Assembly: GCA_016185635.1 (NCBI GenBank)
Contig: JACPNF010000010.1
Location: forward strand, 1 to 47,628
Length of the DNA stretch: 47,628 bases
From: Candidatus Woesearchaeota archaeon
GTDB lineage: Archaea > Nanobdellota > Nanobdellia > SCGC-AAA011-G17 > JACPIM01
Direction: 5' to 3'
Below are positions 44,016 through 47,628 of the stretch, piece by piece; the stretch's first letter is position 1, and the number at the start of each line of letters is the position of its first letter. The notes under the pieces were generated by a model. That model was not told the origin of the DNA and made no database searches. It was given only the letters and a program-made list of their open reading frames with translations. Both the position numbers and the translations under genes were made by a program.

Positions 44016-46322
44016 ATGAAAGGATTTATTTTATACTCAACTCACAAGGAAATTGACGGAAAACCTTGTATTTTTCTTTATGGAAAACTTGAAAATAACG
44101 AGACTTTTGTTACCATGAACAGCTATAAGCCTTATTTTTACATTAAAAAAACTGACTTAAAAAAGGCCTTAACTATTGATAAATTTGAACATGAAGAATC
44201 AAGCTTCAGGAACTTTGACCATGAAGATGTTGTGAAAATAATTGTCAATTTTCCCAGCGAAGTAACAAACTTAAGAGAGAAATTCAAGAAACATGGAATT
44301 GATTATTATGAAGCAGATTTAAAGTTTGTACAAAGATTTCTGATTGACAAAGGAATCAACAGTTCATTGGAAATAAAAGGAGAATATGAAAGGCATGAGA
44401 GAGCTGACAGGGTTTACAAGGAGCCTGAATTAAAAGGAGCAGATTTTTTTCCTGAGCTTAAACTGCTTTCTGTTGACATTGAAACAAGCACTGATGGAAA
44501 AATTTTATACTGTGTTGGGATGCACGGGAAAAATTACAGCAAAGTTTTCTTGAACTCAAAGCATAAAGTTTCAGATGCGATTAACTGCAAGAATGAAATA
44601 GAAGTTTTATTAAAATTCAAGGAAGAATTCATGAAGTATGATGCAGATGTAATAACTGGGTGGAATTTTATTGATTTTGATCTTAAATTTTTGGAGAAAA
44701 AGTTTGATGAATTTGGAATTGAATTTGACTTGGGAAGAAGCAGGGACAAAGTAATAATAAGAAAAAGCAAAAAGTTCTTTTCAAGCAGCTCAGCAGACAT
44801 GCCTGGAAGACAAGTTTTGGACGGAATAAATCTTATGACTACTTCTTTTATAAAATTGGACGGGTATAAGCTTGATGCTGCTGCAAATCAGATTTTAGGC
44901 AAGAGAAAAACAATAGGCGAGTTCAACAAATACAAGGAAATAGAAAGAATGTATAGGGATGACCCCAAGAAATTTGTTGAATACAATTTAAATGACTGCA
45001 AATTAGTTTATGAAATCATACAAAAAACCAATGTCTTGAATTTAAGCATACAAAGATCTTTATTGACTGGGATGACCTTGGACAAGGTTCATTCTTCTAT
45101 TGCCTCATTAGATTCTTTGTATATAAAAGAAGCAATAAAAAGAAAATTAGTCTGCCCGACAGGAAAATATGAAGAATCTGAAGAAAGAATAACTGGGGGG
45201 TATGTAATGGAAAGCAAGCCTGGAATTTATGATTATGTTCTTGTTTTGGACTTCAAGAGCTTGTATCCATCTGTTATAAAAACTTTCAATATAGATCCTT
45301 ATTCCTTTACAAAAATCAAGGCTAATAATGTTGTTATAGCTCCCAACAATGCAATGTTCAGGAATGAAGATGGAATTCTTCCTATGATAATACAAAGACT
45401 GCATGAAGAAAGAGAAAAAGCCAAGAGCGAAAAGAATGACTCAGCTAGCTATGCTATAAAAATTTTACAGAATTCATTTTTTGGAGTTCTTGCTTCTCCT
45501 AACTGCAGGTTTTATAATTTAGATATTGCAAATGCAATTACTCACTTTGCTAGGTACTTAATTCAGCTTACTGCAAAAAAAATAAATGAAATGAAGTATG
45601 AAGTCATATATTCTGACACTGACAGTTGTTTTTTAATTTCTAATGCAAAAAGTCATGAAGAAGCAAAAAAAATTGGTGAGAAGATTGAAAAGGAAATAAA
45701 TGGTTTTTATGATGAATTTATAAAAAAAGAGTTTAAAAGAAAAAGCTTTTTGGAGCTTGAATTTGACAAATGCTTCATAAGATTCTTAATGCCTAAGCTA
45801 AGACACGAAGAAAAAGGGGCTAAGAAAAGATATGCTGGATTAATAATAAATGAGGATGGGAAAGAAGAAATTAGCTTTACTGGATTGGAAGCAATCCGCA
45901 GTGACTGGACAGATGCTGCAAAAAAATTCCAATATGAACTATTTGACAAGATTTTTCACAAGCAGGAAGTTTCCAGTTTTATAAAAAAGTTTGTTGAGGA
46001 CTTAAAGAATGGAAAGTATGATGATTTATTGGTTTATAAAAAGACTTTGAGGAAGGGATTAAAAAATTATACCAAAATTTCGCCCCAACACGTTCAGGCG
46101 GCCAGAAAATTGGATAAATTAGAAAGCAACGTTATAGAGTATTATATTACAACTGAAGGACCTGAACCAAAGCAAAAATTAAAGCATAAGATAGATTATG
46201 ACCACTATGTGAAAAAACAAATAAAACCGATTGCAGACTCTATTTTAACTTTTTTCGACAAGGATTTTGATGACATGATAAAGGGAAACAAGCAGACAAG
46301 CCTGTTTAAATTTTCAAAATGA
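44016..46322 (+). CDS. polB: family B DNA polymerase
   Basis: Exo I DIETS, Exo II YNLNDC, motif A DFKSLYPSVI, motif B KILQNSFFG, motif C YSDTDS. No intein. Confidence 0.9.
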   Translation: MKGFILYSTHKEIDGKPCIFLYGKLENNETFVTMNSYKPYFYIKKTDLKKALTIDKFEHEESSFRNFDHEDVVKIIVNFPSEVTNLREKFKKHGIDYYEADLKFVQRFLIDKGINSSLEIKGEYERHERADRVYKEPELKGADFFPELKLLSVDIETSTDGKILYCVGMHGKNYSKVFLNSKHKVSDAINCKNEIEVLLKFKEEFMKYDADVITGWNFIDFDLKFLEKKFDEFGIEFDLGRSRDKVIIRKSKKFFSSSSADMPGRQVLDGINLMTTSFIKLDGYKLDAAANQILGKRKTIGEFNKYKEIERMYRDDPKKFVEYNLNDCKLVYEIIQKTNVLNLSIQRSLLTGMTLDKVHSSIASLDSLYIKEAIKRKLVCPTGKYEESEERITGGYVMESKPGIYDYVLVLDFKSLYPSVIKTFNIDPYSFTKIKANNVVIAPNNAMFRNEDGILPMIIQRLHEEREKAKSEKNDSASYAIKILQNSFFGVLASPNCRFYNLDIANAITHFARYLIQLTAKKINEMKYEVIYSDTDSCFLISNAKSHEEAKKIGEKIEKEINGFYDEFIKKEFKRKSFLELEFDKCFIRFLMPKLRHEEKGAKKRYAGLIINEDGKEEISFTGLEAIRSDWTDAAKKFQYELFDKIFHKQEVSSFIKKFVEDLKNGKYDDLLVYKKTLRKGLKNYTKISPQHVQAARKLDKLESNVIEYYITTEGPEPKQKLKHKIDYDHYVKKQIKPIADSILTFFDKDFDDMIKGNKQTSLFKFSK

Positions 46323-46888
46323 AACAAGTTATTATAATTCATGGATGCCCTTCAAATGAAGAAAAGGCCAAAAATCCAGAACAAAGAACTTATAATAAAC
46401 ACTGGACACCATGGATTAAAAAAGAATTAATTTTTCGGAATATAAAAACAGAAACTCCACTTATGCCAGATCCCTGGGAACCAGACTATAATAAATTTAA
46501 AAAAGAATTTGAAAAATTAGAAGTTACAGAGGGCACTATCTTAATTGGACACAGCTGCGGCTGCGCTTTTCTTGTCAGATGGCTGGGAGAAACAAAACAA
46601 AAAATAAATAAATTAATTCTTGTAGCCCCCTGGAAAATCCCGGATAAAAAAGATAAGTTCAGAATTGCCTTTTATGATTATACAATAGATGGAACAATTA
46701 AATCAAGAGCAAAAGAAATTATAATGTTTACAGCAGATGATGAAGAGAAAGATGGCAAGAAAAGCCTAGAAATTTTTCATAAAGCACTAGGCGGAAAAGT
46801 AATTGAGCTTAAAGGAAGAGGACATTATACTTTTTCAGACATGAAAACAGAAGAATTTCCTGAATTATTAGAGGAAGTGATGAATTAA
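46319..46888 (+). CDS. alpha/beta serine hydrolase (YdeN/RBBP9-like)
   Basis: IIIHG...HW..W...LIGHSCG (GHSxG nucleophile elbow). About 190 aa. ATGA overlap with polB. Confidence 0.6.
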   Translation: MKQVIIIHGCPSNEEKAKNPEQRTYNKHWTPWIKKELIFRNIKTETPLMPDPWEPDYNKFKKEFEKLEVTEGTILIGHSCGCAFLVRWLGETKQKINKLILVAPWKIPDKKDKFRIAFYDYTIDGTIKSRAKEIIMFTADDEEKDGKKSLEIFHKALGGKVIELKGRGHYTFSDMKTEEFPELLEEVMN

Positions 46889-46889
46889 A

Positions 46890-47519
46890 ATGAAACTTTA
46901 CTTAGTAAGGCATGGACAGTCTGAAGGTAATGAAGGGGGAATAGGAGACAAGCTGACAGAAATAGGAATAGAACAAGCCAAAAGGCTTGGCTTATTTTTA
47001 AAAGACAAGCATATTGACTATATTTACTGCAGCAAGCTTGGCAGGGCTAAAGAAACTTTGGATTACGTAAATAAATTTTTTCAAGTGCCAGTAGAATATT
47101 CAACAGAACTAAATGAAATGTATAAGGGAATTTATGAGGGAAAATTACAAAGAGAACATGAAGACTTTATCAGGGAGCAATTATCCCTGGGAAAAGATAT
47201 AAAAGAAATCAAACCAGAAGGAGGAGAAAGTTGGTTGGATGTTGAAAAGAGGGCACAAAAACTTATTGTCAAGTTAAAAAGCAAACATAGTATTAATAAC
47301 CATGTTTTAATAGTTTCTCATTCAGGATTCTTAAGAATGTTTATTATCAGGCTAATGAAATTAAATATACATGAAGCAAGATATTTTAGGATTCATAATG
47401 CCTCTTTGTCTACTTTTGAATTAGATAAAAACTTCAATGTTTTGGATTATGAAATTGATGACTTTAAGCATCTGCTAAAATATTCTTCTTATAAAAGAGA
47501 AAGTGTGGAAAGGGTTTAA
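46890..47519 (+). CDS. histidine phosphatase family protein (phosphoglycerate mutase-like)
   Basis: LVRHGQSEGN catalytic RHG motif; later SHSGF (second His). Confidence 0.8.
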   Translation: MKLYLVRHGQSEGNEGGIGDKLTEIGIEQAKRLGLFLKDKHIDYIYCSKLGRAKETLDYVNKFFQVPVEYSTELNEMYKGIYEGKLQREHEDFIREQLSLGKDIKEIKPEGGESWLDVEKRAQKLIVKLKSKHSINNHVLIVSHSGFLRMFIIRLMKLNIHEARYFRIHNASLSTFELDKNFNVLDYEIDDFKHLLKYSSYKRESVERV

Positions 47520-47553
47520 TTAAATTTATATAATTTAAAATTTCTTTAGGTTT

Positions 47554-47628
47554 ATGAAAATGACAAAAAAGCAAAAGAAATTATTTATAGAAGGTTGTAA
47601 GGAAATGGCAGAAGAAAGTCTTAGAATA
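47554..47628 (+). CDS. 5' fragment of an unidentified ORF running off the window end
   Basis: Own translation: MKMTKKQKKLFIEGCKEMAEESLRI. Open to the window end, but too short to judge. Confidence 0.15.
   Translation, partial: MKMTKKQKKLFIEGCKEMAEESLRI

Overview
AT-rich (about 30% GC by eye) archaeal chromosomal fragment. It is densely packed with information-processing genes: TBP, MCM, aIF2-beta, aIF1A, topoisomerase VI B/A, a type IA topoisomerase, RadB, a split Hef helicase/nuclease, CDC48/VCP, family B DNA polymerase, IleRS and MetAP. Small size, split genes and low GC suggest a DPANN-like or similarly reduced archaeon, but that is inference only.

The main signal is intein load. I count six inteins totalling 7,068 nt, about 15% of the window. 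One LAGLIDADG intein sits in MCM. Five sit in a single 2,572-codon CDC48 gene, which would be about 755 aa after splicing, so about 71% of that ORF is intein. Two of the CDC48 inteins are mini-inteins separated by only six extein residues. Two others occupy the equivalent site in the D1 and D2 ATPase domains, and several have non-canonical catalytic residues.

Other notable items:
- A 126-nt tRNA-Ile(GAU) gene that is best explained by three short introns.
- A solo TnpB (IS200/IS605-type) element upstream of radB.
- Several toxin-antitoxin modules: VapBC and AbiEi/AbiEii next to the tRNA, UPF0175/DUF3368, and an orphan AbiEi.
- An ArmA/Rmt-type 16S rRNA methyltransferase homolog.
- A dispersed family of short sequence modules linking four loci: both flanks of a secreted peptidase gene, the 3' tail of topA and the CDC48 leader.
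- A GC-richer first ~430 nt carrying bacterial-type uS11/uS13, which may mark a chimeric junction.

I saw no CRISPR array and no rRNA. All family calls come from motif recognition by eye. No database search or folding program was run.
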